The position numbers were made by a program, and so were the translations under genes. Shown piece by piece: positions 27,135-36,236 of a stretch of 64,000 nucleotides of DNA (positions within the stretch are counted from its first letter, which is position 1; every line of letters begins with the position of its first letter). The stretch spans positions 124,298-188,297 of the forward strand of contig CAZRJH010000002.1 in assembly GCA_964600575.1 (NCBI GenBank), written 5' to 3'. Origin of the DNA: an uncultured Gammaproteobacteria bacterium. GTDB lineage: Bacteria; Patescibacteriota; Microgenomatia; UBA8517. Under the pieces are notes generated by a model. That model had not been told where the DNA came from, made no database searches, and saw nothing but the letters and a program-made list of their open reading frames with translations.

Positions 27135-28538
27135 TTACTTGGCTATCAATCTGTATTGAGCCAAGACTTGCTGCACACCGGCAGCAACAGTTTCCATGGC
27201 TTTGTCTGCTGTATCTTTGTTGTCAACTACTGTGTTTATAGCATCCCCAAAATAGTTAGAGAGTTGTGTATTAATACCCGTAGGGCCATCAAATGTTCGA
27301 GAGGCCAAATACCAGCTTTGTGCGCCAGGGGCTTGAGTAATAATAGACCCCAAGATAGGATGATCTTTCAAAAGACCGTTCATATCAGGCCTTGGGTACG
27401 GTTCTCCAAAAGTCCTGAGTTTTGTGGCATTTGTATAAAACTTCTGGAGATTGTCTTGAGATGTCATAAAGTTTAGAAAGTCCCAGGCGGCGGCTTTTTT
27501 AGAGCTTTTGGACCAAACACCTTCTGCCCAATATGTTGCGTACGTAATGTCCGGCTGATTGGGACTGTCTTTTGGTAGTTGCGGAATGGGAACCGTTTTG
27601 AACTTAAGGCTAGGGTTTTGTAGAGAGATTTCAAACGATCTCCAAGAAGGGCCAATATACATTGCCAACTTTCCTGATGCAAAAGCTTGAGTAGAAGTAG
27701 GCAAGGTCGGGTCCCAGACTCCGTCTAGCGTGGTAAATACTGTAAAGAAAGTTAACGCATCTTCGGCTTGTTTACCAACAGGATTAGAAAGATCAACTCC
27801 ATTTTGAAGCATTAAAAGGGCGAGTATTTCCGGCCAATGATCAACATTTTCTGTTCGTCCTAATGCTGCACCTGACTGAGTTATATTGTTTTGGTCGTCT
27901 TTAACAGTAAGTTCCCTTGCTAGTGTTCTAAGCTCATCCCATGTAGTAGGTGCGGTTTTGCCGGATTTATTGAATATATCCTCGTTAATATAAAGAGTTA
28001 AACCATCGTATTCTAAAGGTAAACCCACAATACCTGTTCCACTGGTTAAATCTGCCGAGGCTATCGGGTAAAAATTCTTTGCAAAGTCTGCGGCGTTCAT
28101 AACACTTGAGGGTAAGGTGTCCAGATCGTTTCTAAACATAGGCACCCAAGTATTGTGGAATCTAAAGATATCAGGACCGCTACCTTTTGCCATAGCGTTG
28201 GTTAGTCTTTCCCGATAGTCCTGAGGGGACTGGCGTATGTATGTAATTTTTACATTTGGATGAGAAGATTCGTAAGTCGAGATTAAGGACGAAACAATAG
28301 ACTCATCTTCCCACAATCCCCACCAAGTTAAATTGGCAGTAGAGCTTTTACCTTTTGATGTAAAAAGTTTAGCAACCAATAAAATAATCACAAGAACGAC
28401 GACTCCTATACCCACAAAAATCAATGCCTTTGGAAATGACTTTTTGGGGGGCGGGGGTGAAACAACAGGGGCAGCTGCGGGTTGTTGAACAACTCCTGGA
28501 GTAACCTGAGGTTGAGCTTGGGAATTATCTTGCGGCAT
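27135..28538 (-). CDS. Sugar-type extracellular solute-binding protein, TM-anchored
   Basis: LTWWGLWE, GPDIF, LPLEYDGLTLYINEDIF, APTTWDE, FASGKLAMYIG, AWDFLNFMTS. Confidence 0.85.
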   Translation of the reverse strand: MPQDNSQAQPQVTPGVVQQPAAAPVVSPPPPKKSFPKALIFVGIGVVVLVIILLVAKLFTSKGKSSTANLTWWGLWEDESIVSSLISTYESSHPNVKITYIRQSPQDYRERLTNAMAKGSGPDIFRFHNTWVPMFRNDLDTLPSSVMNAADFAKNFYPIASADLTSGTGIVGLPLEYDGLTLYINEDIFNKSGKTAPTTWDELRTLARELTVKDDQNNITQSGAALGRTENVDHWPEILALLMLQNGVDLSNPVGKQAEDALTFFTVFTTLDGVWDPTLPTSTQAFASGKLAMYIGPSWRSFEISLQNPSLKFKTVPIPQLPKDSPNQPDITYATYWAEGVWSKSSKKAAAWDFLNFMTSQDNLQKFYTNATKLRTFGEPYPRPDMNGLLKDHPILGSIITQAPGAQSWYLASRTFDGPTGINTQLSNYFGDAINTVVDNKDTADKAMETVAAGVQQVLAQYRLIAK

Positions 28539-28583
28539 ATCAATATTTGGCCATAAGCCCTATCTAAATGGTATCATATCGGC

Positions 28584-30344
28584 ATGGGAAGAGTAAGACT
28601 ACCTTTTCCAAAAAAAGAACATCTTAAAAGATTATCCGTTGTATTCTTTTTGGTTTTGTTGATGCTTATTGCCCTCTCGACATATTTTTTAAAATATAAA
28701 AATAAAGTTTTTCCAAACGTAAACATCAACTCGGTTAATATTGGAGGTTTAACTTTTAGCCAAGCAAAAGACCTGCTTTCGGATAAGTCGAAAATTCCCG
28801 AAAAGATAAAAATTATCGGGCCGAATCAAGCTTATACACTCAATACAAAAGATATAGAGGTGGATTACAACTTCGAGGAGAGCGTTCTTAGAGCTTACAA
28901 CATTGGAAGAAGCGGTAACATTTTTAACGATATAGAAACAAGGCTAAAACTTCTAAAGAATCCAAAAAGCCTAGGTTTAGCCTTAAAGTTAAACGAAGAA
29001 AAACTTGCCAAAACAGTGTCTATAATCGCCGGCCAAAATTCAATTGACCCGATTAGCCCTAGTGTTTCCTTAGTTAACGGCGTTGTTAAAGTACAAAAAG
29101 GTCTTCCGGGAAACGAGGTTGATCAAAATAAATTAAGAGCAATAATCGGGCGATCGATATCTTTCGGTCAAAGTGATGAAATATTAGTTCCAATCACTGT
29201 TGTTGACAAAAGCTTGACCGAAGACGAGGCTACAAAGTTACAAAAACGGGGAGAGGCTTTTGTTGGACGATCGATTGAGGCCAAACTTAGTGAAACTACA
29301 TACGAGATAAAAGATGGAGAGATAATTAAGACAATCGAACCAAAAGGAGGTTTTAATACAGACTCTCTAATCAGCATTTCCGAAAAAGTAGCAGCACAGA
29401 TAGAGAGACCTGCTCAAAACCCTAAGTTTAACTTTGAGAATGGGAAAGTGACCGAATTTTTGCCGGCACTTGAGGGGGTTAAATTAAGAAGAGAGGACTT
29501 TCTGGGGCTTTTAAACAAAACCCTTACTGCCCTAGAGGCAGCTACCGACAAAAAGGCTTTAATTGAAATACCTGTAGACAAAACCCAACCCGCAGTAACC
29601 ACAGACAAAGTCAACAACTTAGGGATTAAAGAGCTTTTGTCAAAAGCAACTACAACTTATTATCATTCGATACCGTCCCGGGTACACAATGTTGATTTGG
29701 CAGCATCTCGAATTAACGGAACATTGGTTGCACCGGGAGAAACCTTTTCTTTTAATAAAACTCTTGGGGATGTTTCTCAATTCACCGGCTATCAACAGGC
29801 ATATATTATTAGCGGCGGTAAAACAATTTTGGGTGACGGAGGTGGTGTTTGCCAAGTCTCAACTACTTTATTTAGAAGCTTACTTAATGCAGGCATGCCC
29901 ATTAACGAAAGGTCTCCACACGCTTACAGAGTTGGCTATTACGAACAAAACTCTCCTCCGGGTTTTGATGCTACTGTTTACGGCCCTGCGCCCGATTTAA
30001 AGTTTACCAACGATACCGGTAATCACATACTAATCAAGGCTGTTTCTGATCCAAAACATTACAGTCTCACCTTTGAGCTGTACGGCACCAAGGATCAAAG
30101 ACTTGTTGAAATAGGAAAACCCTTTATTTCCAATGTCTCTCCTGCACCCGAAGATAGATATCAAGACGACCCAACTTTACCGGCAGGAACAATTAAACAA
30201 ATAGATTTTAAAGCACCTGGAGCTAAAGTGTCCTTTGCTTATTCTGTTAAAAAGGATGGGGTAGAAATATTTAATAAAACTTTTGTCTCAAATTACCGAC
30301 CTTGGCAAGCCGTATATCTTCGAGGGACGGGCCCGGCACGCTAA
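28584..30344 (+). CDS. VanW-family protein with peptidoglycan-binding repeats
   Basis: RVHNVDLAASRING, FSFNKTLG, GGGVCQVSTTLF, DLKFTNDT. Confidence 0.88.
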   Translation: MGRVRLPFPKKEHLKRLSVVFFLVLLMLIALSTYFLKYKNKVFPNVNINSVNIGGLTFSQAKDLLSDKSKIPEKIKIIGPNQAYTLNTKDIEVDYNFEESVLRAYNIGRSGNIFNDIETRLKLLKNPKSLGLALKLNEEKLAKTVSIIAGQNSIDPISPSVSLVNGVVKVQKGLPGNEVDQNKLRAIIGRSISFGQSDEILVPITVVDKSLTEDEATKLQKRGEAFVGRSIEAKLSETTYEIKDGEIIKTIEPKGGFNTDSLISISEKVAAQIERPAQNPKFNFENGKVTEFLPALEGVKLRREDFLGLLNKTLTALEAATDKKALIEIPVDKTQPAVTTDKVNNLGIKELLSKATTTYYHSIPSRVHNVDLAASRINGTLVAPGETFSFNKTLGDVSQFTGYQQAYIISGGKTILGDGGGVCQVSTTLFRSLLNAGMPINERSPHAYRVGYYEQNSPPGFDATVYGPAPDLKFTNDTGNHILIKAVSDPKHYSLTFELYGTKDQRLVEIGKPFISNVSPAPEDRYQDDPTLPAGTIKQIDFKAPGAKVSFAYSVKKDGVEIFNKTFVSNYRPWQAVYLRGTGPAR

Positions 30345-30371
30345 TTTCAAGCAATGTTGTAAAATAGGCCT

Positions 30372-31427
30372 ATGATAAGGCTAAACATCGACGAAAATCC
30401 CACACAGACTGCCATACAGACTTTAGAAAAAGGCGGAACTGTAATATTCCCGTGCGAAACCGTATATGGAATAGCAGTTGATAGTCTAAATTCAAAAGCT
30501 GTAGAAAAGTTAAACAAATATAAAAGAAGACCTATGGGAAAACCCTACGCGATAATGTGTTCGAGCCGGAAAATGGCGGAGGGGTATGTTCAATTGAACC
30601 TTACTGCCAAAAATTTGTACAAAAAATTTTTACCAGGGCCAATTACGGTTGTCTCCAAAGGCAAAGGCAAAGTTGCCGCCGGCATAGAGTCTGAGCTTGG
30701 AACTTTAGGTGTGAGAATACCCGACTACAAATTTATGTTAGATTTGATATCTAAATTTGGAAGACCTGTTGTTGCAACAAGCGCCAACGCCTCTTATCAA
30801 AAAAGGCCATACAAAATAGCGGACATCTTAGAAAACATCTCCGACAAGCAAAGTGGGTTGATCGATTTAATAATCGACGCAGGAGACCTTCCACAAAACG
30901 AACCATCTACCGTTATTGATACAACAATGGACGATGTTGTGGTTTTAAGGCAGGGAGAAATCAAACTTTCCGAAAAAAATGAGGTTTTAACAAGAAACGA
31001 GGAAGGCACGCAAAATGTAGGCAAGGAGATTTGGCAAAAATATCAGAGCTACTTAGGTAAAAGAGCTTTAGTTTTTGCATTGCAAGGAGAGATGGGGGCA
31101 GGTAAGACTCAATTTACAAAAGGTTTAGCACTTGCCATGGGAATAGACGAACTCGTTACTTCGCCCACCTACGCCATCGAAAATGAGTATAAAACAGGAA
31201 AAAGTGAACTTTTTCACTTTGACGCTTGGCGCTTGGAAAATTCGGATCAACTAGGAGATCTGGGTTTCTCTGAGTTGATAAAAAACAAATCCGTTATATC
31301 AATTGAGTGGGCGGAAAAGGTTAAAGAAGAGATAGAAAAGATTGACGAAGACGCTTTGGTTGTGTGGATACGAATCAATGTCGGCAAGAAAGATGATGAA
31401 CGACTTATCAGTTGGGGAATTTTATGA
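30372..31427 (+). CDS. Fused TsaC (Sua5/YrdC) - TsaE (YjeE) t6A biosynthesis protein
   Basis: FPCETVYG, KRRP..KP, PGPIT, GVRIPD, TSANAS; then LQGEMGAGKT, VTSPTY, HFDAWRL, IEWAE. Confidence 0.9.
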   Translation: MIRLNIDENPTQTAIQTLEKGGTVIFPCETVYGIAVDSLNSKAVEKLNKYKRRPMGKPYAIMCSSRKMAEGYVQLNLTAKNLYKKFLPGPITVVSKGKGKVAAGIESELGTLGVRIPDYKFMLDLISKFGRPVVATSANASYQKRPYKIADILENISDKQSGLIDLIIDAGDLPQNEPSTVIDTTMDDVVVLRQGEIKLSEKNEVLTRNEEGTQNVGKEIWQKYQSYLGKRALVFALQGEMGAGKTQFTKGLALAMGIDELVTSPTYAIENEYKTGKSELFHFDAWRLENSDQLGDLGFSELIKNKSVISIEWAEKVKEEIEKIDEDALVVWIRINVGKKDDERLISWGIL

Positions 31428-31472
31428 TATCCTCGCCTTTGAATGGCCCAGAAGGCTTAATACTGATACAGA

Positions 31473-31973
31473 ATGAAAGAAACTTTTAGAGATTCCTTTA
31501 TTGCAGTTCCGATTACGGAAAGCCCGCTTCTAAATTGGCTTAAATCCATAAACAAACATCGAAAGTTTTATCATATGACAATTTATTTTTTGGGGGAAAT
31601 TGATGAAGCCGATCTCGAAAATGTTAAGGCTGTTATGAAAAAGGAACCGCAAATACTTGCAGGTACAGTTCTCAAGCCCACAAAGCTAGATTTTATCGGA
31701 CCCGACGGTAATACTTTTGTTGCAAGAATTGCACCAACCGAGGGACTAAACCGCCTTAGATCCAATTCAGAAAACGATCTTTATAAATTTAACAATATAA
31801 ACCTTCCTTTTGTTCCACACATTACAATCAGAAGATCTAAAGATGCAAAACCCAACTACGATATGCGTGGGGACATAAATCAGGAGATTTTAAACTATAT
31901 GGCAAAAAGTGTGGGTATCTATTACAAAACCGAAGAAGGAGCGACCGCTCTCCTTTATACTCAAAAAGTATAG
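31473..31973 (+). CDS. 2H phosphoesterase (2'-5' RNA ligase/ThpR-like)
   Basis: Two HxT motifs: YHMTIYFLG and FVPHITI. Confidence 0.8.
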   Translation: MKETFRDSFIAVPITESPLLNWLKSINKHRKFYHMTIYFLGEIDEADLENVKAVMKKEPQILAGTVLKPTKLDFIGPDGNTFVARIAPTEGLNRLRSNSENDLYKFNNINLPFVPHITIRRSKDAKPNYDMRGDINQEILNYMAKSVGIYYKTEEGATALLYTQKV

Positions 31974-32218
31974 TTAATAGGTGTAGGCAGCGTAGACTTT
32001 CTGGCTGATTTTAGAATTTGCACCGCTTTTGCAACAGCAGAGCTCTGATCAAACATACCAAGTTCCTCCATTAAAGCCTGATGTCCGTCAAGTTCGGCAT
32101 CTGTTATGGAATTATCCTTAACTTGTAGCCAAAATGGATCATCAGAATCTAAAAACTCTAAAAGATCTGGGGCGGTTGCTATAAACAGATCAGACACCGA
32201 ACGATACATCCTTTCCAT
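31961..32218 (-). CDS. Hypothetical protein
   Basis: 85-aa ORF with GGAG SD filling an intergenic gap. Confidence 0.45.
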   Translation of the reverse strand: MERMYRSVSDLFIATAPDLLEFLDSDDPFWLQVKDNSITDAELDGHQALMEELGMFDQSSAVAKAVQILKSARKSTLPTPINYTF

Positions 32219-32332
32219 TACTCTCCGAGAATATCACAAATTCCCCCAAAAAGAGTGTTTGAGCCTAATATTGTGTTAAAATTGTCTTATTGGAGAAGAA
32301 AATATAGTTTTTGATCTTTCTTCTAAACTTTA

Positions 32333-33391
32333 ATGAAAATACTAGCAATAGATACTTCCTGTGACGAAACTGCAGCTGCCGTCACTGAAAACGACCAGAT
32401 AATAAGTAACATCATTTGGTCTCAAGCCAGCTCTCATGCAAATTTCGGGGGTGTTATGCCTAGTTTAGCCCAAAGAATGCACCAAGAAAGGATAGACTTT
32501 GTAATTGAAAAGGCTCTTAAAACAGCAAAAGTAAAATACAAAGACCTCGACGCTGTTGCTGTAACGTTTGGACCCGGTCTTTCTATTGCTCTTGGAGTAG
32601 GTGTTGCAAAAGCAAAAGAAATTGCAGAAAAAAATAATCTGCCTTTGATCCCAATAAATCATATCGAGGCGCACCTCCTTAGTTCGATGGCAAAACCTTC
32701 TTCGAATAAACCGATTCATAATTCGATAAACTTTCCTGCTTATGGTCTTGTTGTTTCCGGGGGAAATACAATATTTTTTTTAATAAATAAAATAGGTAGC
32801 TATGAAATTCTAGCCGAAACCCAAGACGATGCTTTGGGCGAGGCTTTAGACAAAGCGGCAAGAATGGTGGGATTTGGCTACCCGGGAGGGTCGATACTAG
32901 AAAAAATGGCTAAACTTAATGAACATTCTGAATTTTCTCTCCCCATTCCCCTGGTCGGCCAGGAAAAAAGACGTTTTTTTAGCTACTCCGGCCTAAAAAC
33001 TTCTTTGTCCCGCTACATTGACTCCCAAAAAAAACTTAACCCTAACTACCCGTCAAAAAAAGATACATATGCACTTTGTGCCGAATTTCAAAAATCCGCA
33101 TTCAAACATCTGGAACGAACTATTAGTTTTATAATTAAAGAGGATGGATTAAAAAGTAATCAGCTTCTACTAGGAGGTGGGGTCGGAAACAATTTGCAAT
33201 TAAGAAAAGAGCTTAGAAAACTCGGTAACAGTCTTGGATTTAAACTTCTTGTCCCTTACTCAAAAAAACTTTATGGTGACAATGCCGGCATGATTGGCGT
33301 TTGTGCATATACTAAATACGGAAAATCTGATCTTAAAACTTTTTTTGATTTATCGAAAGTAGACAGAAATCCTAGAGCCAGAATAGTTTAA
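32333..33391 (+). CDS. tsaD: tRNA threonylcarbamoyltransferase TsaD
   Basis: ILAIDTSCDET, GPGL, INHIEAH, DDALGEALDKAAR, GYPGG, FSYSGLKT, DNAGMIG. Confidence 0.95.
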   Translation: MKILAIDTSCDETAAAVTENDQIISNIIWSQASSHANFGGVMPSLAQRMHQERIDFVIEKALKTAKVKYKDLDAVAVTFGPGLSIALGVGVAKAKEIAEKNNLPLIPINHIEAHLLSSMAKPSSNKPIHNSINFPAYGLVVSGGNTIFFLINKIGSYEILAETQDDALGEALDKAARMVGFGYPGGSILEKMAKLNEHSEFSLPIPLVGQEKRRFFSYSGLKTSLSRYIDSQKKLNPNYPSKKDTYALCAEFQKSAFKHLERTISFIIKEDGLKSNQLLLGGGVGNNLQLRKELRKLGNSLGFKLLVPYSKKLYGDNAGMIGVCAYTKYGKSDLKTFFDLSKVDRNPRARIV

Positions 33392-33401
33392 TTGCCAAAC
33401 T

Positions 33402-33983
33402 TCACGGAGTAAATTTTTCTCCCGGATGACTATGCTCCCAACTTCCCGCTAAGGCTGCTAATTGAATTTTAAAGGTCTCAGAAGTTATTTCTTTTTTAGC
33501 ATCGCTAAAGAGTTTATTAAAGGCAGAACTTCCAGTCTCGTGTCCTCCTAGTATAAATTTTCTAACATAACTTGCGTGTTTATCAAACTGCGAGTCGGGA
33601 AGTGTCGCAGAGTTTCTGTTTGGCCTTTCTGTTGTTTGATACAAAAGGTCTCTCCCAATCATCTTCTGAACAACTGACTTAACATAATTAATCGGAGTTA
33701 AGGTTTTTTCCGAAAATATTTTTTGCATATTTTTCCACTGATCCTCAAATTCTGACAAAGCACGCTCTCTACCCACATAAGTGTGCAGCTTGGGTAGTCT
33801 AAAGCCTTTAAGTTGGTTGCTTGCAAACTGCGGCTCAAAAATGTCTACCGATCTGGCCCAACTAAAAAAATCCCTTTGCAACGAGACATCGTTTTGAGAA
33901 AATCGAAAAGTTAAGTAAAAAAAGCTTTCAAGGTCTGTAAGTTCAGTCAAAATTTCCTGAGTTTCTGGGTTTCTCTTGTCCAT
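33402..33983 (-). CDS. Hypothetical protein
   Basis: About 193-aa ORF filling the tsaD-valS gap; no motif recognised. Confidence 0.5.
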   Translation of the reverse strand: MDKRNPETQEILTELTDLESFFYLTFRFSQNDVSLQRDFFSWARSVDIFEPQFASNQLKGFRLPKLHTYVGRERALSEFEDQWKNMQKIFSEKTLTPINYVKSVVQKMIGRDLLYQTTERPNRNSATLPDSQFDKHASYVRKFILGGHETGSSAFNKLFSDAKKEITSETFKIQLAALAGSWEHSHPGEKFTP

Positions 33984-33993
33984 AAGCTTAAAC

Positions 33994-34022
33994 TTGTCCA
34001 AGTTTAACAAAAGTCATATAAT
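33994..34022 (+). promoter_or_regulatory. Putative sigma70 promoter of the valS leader
   Basis: TTGTCC-17-TATAAT. Confidence 0.65.
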
Positions 34023-34031
34023 ATGCCTAGT

Positions 34032-34164
34032 TAGCGTTTGACTTTGGCCAGTCCCCAAAGGAGCTATCCGCCAAAACGAAACTTAAGCGGAATCAAAAAA
34101 GTAACTGCAAGGTGGTACCGTGAGCCTCAGACTCACCCTTCAAGCTTCTGAAGGTTATTGTTTT
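34032..34164 (+). ncRNA. T-box riboswitch (Val), compact form
   Basis: Antiterminator AAGG-UGGUACC-GUGAG/CUCAC-CCUU (34109-34140); alternative hairpin CCUUCA/UGAAGG plus UUAUUGUUUU; directly upstream of valS. Confidence 0.82.
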
Positions 34165-34169
34165 CTAAA

Positions 34170-36236
34170 ATGGATCCGCAATACGATCACAACAAATACG
34201 AATCAGATATTTACAATCTTTGGGAAGATTCAGGTTCTTTTGTGCCTGGAAACGGAAAAAAGGCTTTTACAATTATAATGCCTCCTCCCAACGCCAACGA
34301 CCCTTTACACATAGGGCACGCCAGATTTGTGGCAATAGAAGACGCTTTGGTCAGATATCATAGAATGAGAGGCGAATCTACTCTTTGGCTTCCCGGCTCC
34401 GATCACGCAGGAATCGAAACTCAGTATGTTTTTGAAAAAAAACTTTCGAAAGAAGGTAAAAGCAGATTCGATTTTGATAGAGACACCTTGTACCAGAAAA
34501 TATGGGATTATGTTAAAGACAATACCGGGGTTATGGAACACCAACTTAAAAGACTTGGTGCTTCCTGCGATTGGAGTAGATTTAAATTTACGCTTGACCC
34601 GGAAATAGTCAAGATTGTTTATTCTACATTTAAAAAGCTTTCCGAAGACAATCTTTTATATAGAGGCGAGCGCATTGTTAACTACTGCTCACGCTGCGGA
34701 ACCGCATATTCTCAACTCGAGGTAGATTATATTGAACGCGAAGACGGTATATATTATCTGGACTACGGGAGCATAACCATTGCAACCACAAGGCCTGAAA
34801 CGATATTTGCGGATGCAGCCATAGCTGTAAACCCTAAAGACAAAAGGTACAAAAACCTAATAGGATTAACCGCAAAAATTCCGCTAATTAACCGTGAGAT
34901 TCCAATAATTGCAGATAATGCCGTGGATATAACTTTTGGGACAGGTGGATTAAAAGTCACACCAGCCCATGACTCGACCGATTTTGAAATTGGTGAAAAA
35001 CACAAATTACCGCGCATTTCGGTGATCGACGAAAAGGGCAGGATGACAGGCACGCCCGAGAAATACATAGGCATGAAGGTTGAAGCTGCAAGAGAAGCGG
35101 TAATAATGGATTTAAACGCAGAAGGAAAAATAGTGAAAACAGAAAAAACTACACACACAGTAGGAACGTGCTACCGCGACAAAAGTACATTAGAACCCCG
35201 AATCTCTACGCAGTGGTTTGTGAAAGTTGAGCCTTTGGCAAAAGCCGCTTTAGAAAGTATAAAAACCAAAAAAACAAAATTCGCCGCCAAAAAGTATGAG
35301 AAAATTGCCAACCACTGGCTTAAAAACTTAAGAGACTGGAATATAAGCAGACAAATTGTTTGGGGAATAAGAATACCGGCTTACAGATGTCAGAGATGTT
35401 TAGAGTGGACAATAACCGATGGAGTGGTACCCAATGAATGTTCGCTTTGCAAAAACTCGGAGCTTGTTCAGGATGCCGATACTTTTGATACTTGGTTTTC
35501 TTCGGGGCAATGGCCGTTTGCAACGCTTAAAAACACTCAAGTGGGAGATTTTGAAAAATTCTACCCCACAACAGTTATGGAAACGGGGTATGACATTCTT
35601 CCGTTTTGGGTTATAAGAATGATGATGCTCGGGATATACGCAACAGGCAAAGTGCCTTTTGAAAATGTTCTTTTGCATGGGTTGGTTAGAGACAAAGATG
35701 GCCAAAAAATAAGTAAGTCTAAAGGTAACGTTATAAATCCCATCGAAATGGCCGACAAATACGGTGCAGATGCTCTTAGGATGGGTTTAATCTGGGGAGG
35801 TCTAGTAGAAAACGATATCTCACTTTCAGAGGAAAAAATAAACGGTCAAAGGAAATTTGCCAATAAAATTTGGAATATTGCCAGATTTATAAAAATGAAC
35901 CAAGCTAAAAATAGACTCATCGAATCTAAAAGCGACTGGATTGAAGAAAAGCTGAATAGGCTTGCGAAAGAGATCACTAACGACTTCGAAAGTTATAGAT
36001 TAAACGAAGCTGCCGAAAAAGTTTATTCTTTTGTGTGGAACGATCTTGCAAATAAATATATCGAAGAAAATAAAGAAAAATATAAAACAGGCGATTCCGA
36101 CGCCATTTCTAAACTTTTTGTTACGTTTGAGAAATCTCTCAAGCTTCTCCATCCATTTATGCCTTTTGTAACAGAAGCTATCTGGAAAGAAATGGGGAAT
36201 AAAGAACTTCTAATTACATCCGAGTGGCCTAGTTAA
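34170..36236 (+). CDS. valS: Valine--tRNA ligase (short, no C-terminal coiled coil)
   Basis: MPPPNAN..LHIGH, DHAGIETQ, ATTRPET, DWNISRQIVWG, DTWFSSG, KISKS. Confidence 0.95.
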   Translation: MDPQYDHNKYESDIYNLWEDSGSFVPGNGKKAFTIIMPPPNANDPLHIGHARFVAIEDALVRYHRMRGESTLWLPGSDHAGIETQYVFEKKLSKEGKSRFDFDRDTLYQKIWDYVKDNTGVMEHQLKRLGASCDWSRFKFTLDPEIVKIVYSTFKKLSEDNLLYRGERIVNYCSRCGTAYSQLEVDYIEREDGIYYLDYGSITIATTRPETIFADAAIAVNPKDKRYKNLIGLTAKIPLINREIPIIADNAVDITFGTGGLKVTPAHDSTDFEIGEKHKLPRISVIDEKGRMTGTPEKYIGMKVEAAREAVIMDLNAEGKIVKTEKTTHTVGTCYRDKSTLEPRISTQWFVKVEPLAKAALESIKTKKTKFAAKKYEKIANHWLKNLRDWNISRQIVWGIRIPAYRCQRCLEWTITDGVVPNECSLCKNSELVQDADTFDTWFSSGQWPFATLKNTQVGDFEKFYPTTVMETGYDILPFWVIRMMMLGIYATGKVPFENVLLHGLVRDKDGQKISKSKGNVINPIEMADKYGADALRMGLIWGGLVENDISLSEEKINGQRKFANKIWNIARFIKMNQAKNRLIESKSDWIEEKLNRLAKEITNDFESYRLNEAAEKVYSFVWNDLANKYIEENKEKYKTGDSDAISKLFVTFEKSLKLLHPFMPFVTEAIWKEMGNKELLITSEWPS

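Noticed and set aside
28584-30344. Vancomycin resistance locus
   Set aside because: A VanW domain alone is widespread; no vanHAX or vanRS genes present
34101-34103. GTA as the T-box specifier codon
   Set aside because: Only 5 nt from the antiterminator in an unstructured A-rich linker; GUC in the K-turn hairpin loop fits better
34170-36236. valS as a truncated pseudogene
   Set aside because: HIGH, KISKS and the anticodon-binding helices are intact; only the C-terminal coiled coil is missing, as in other compact ValRS
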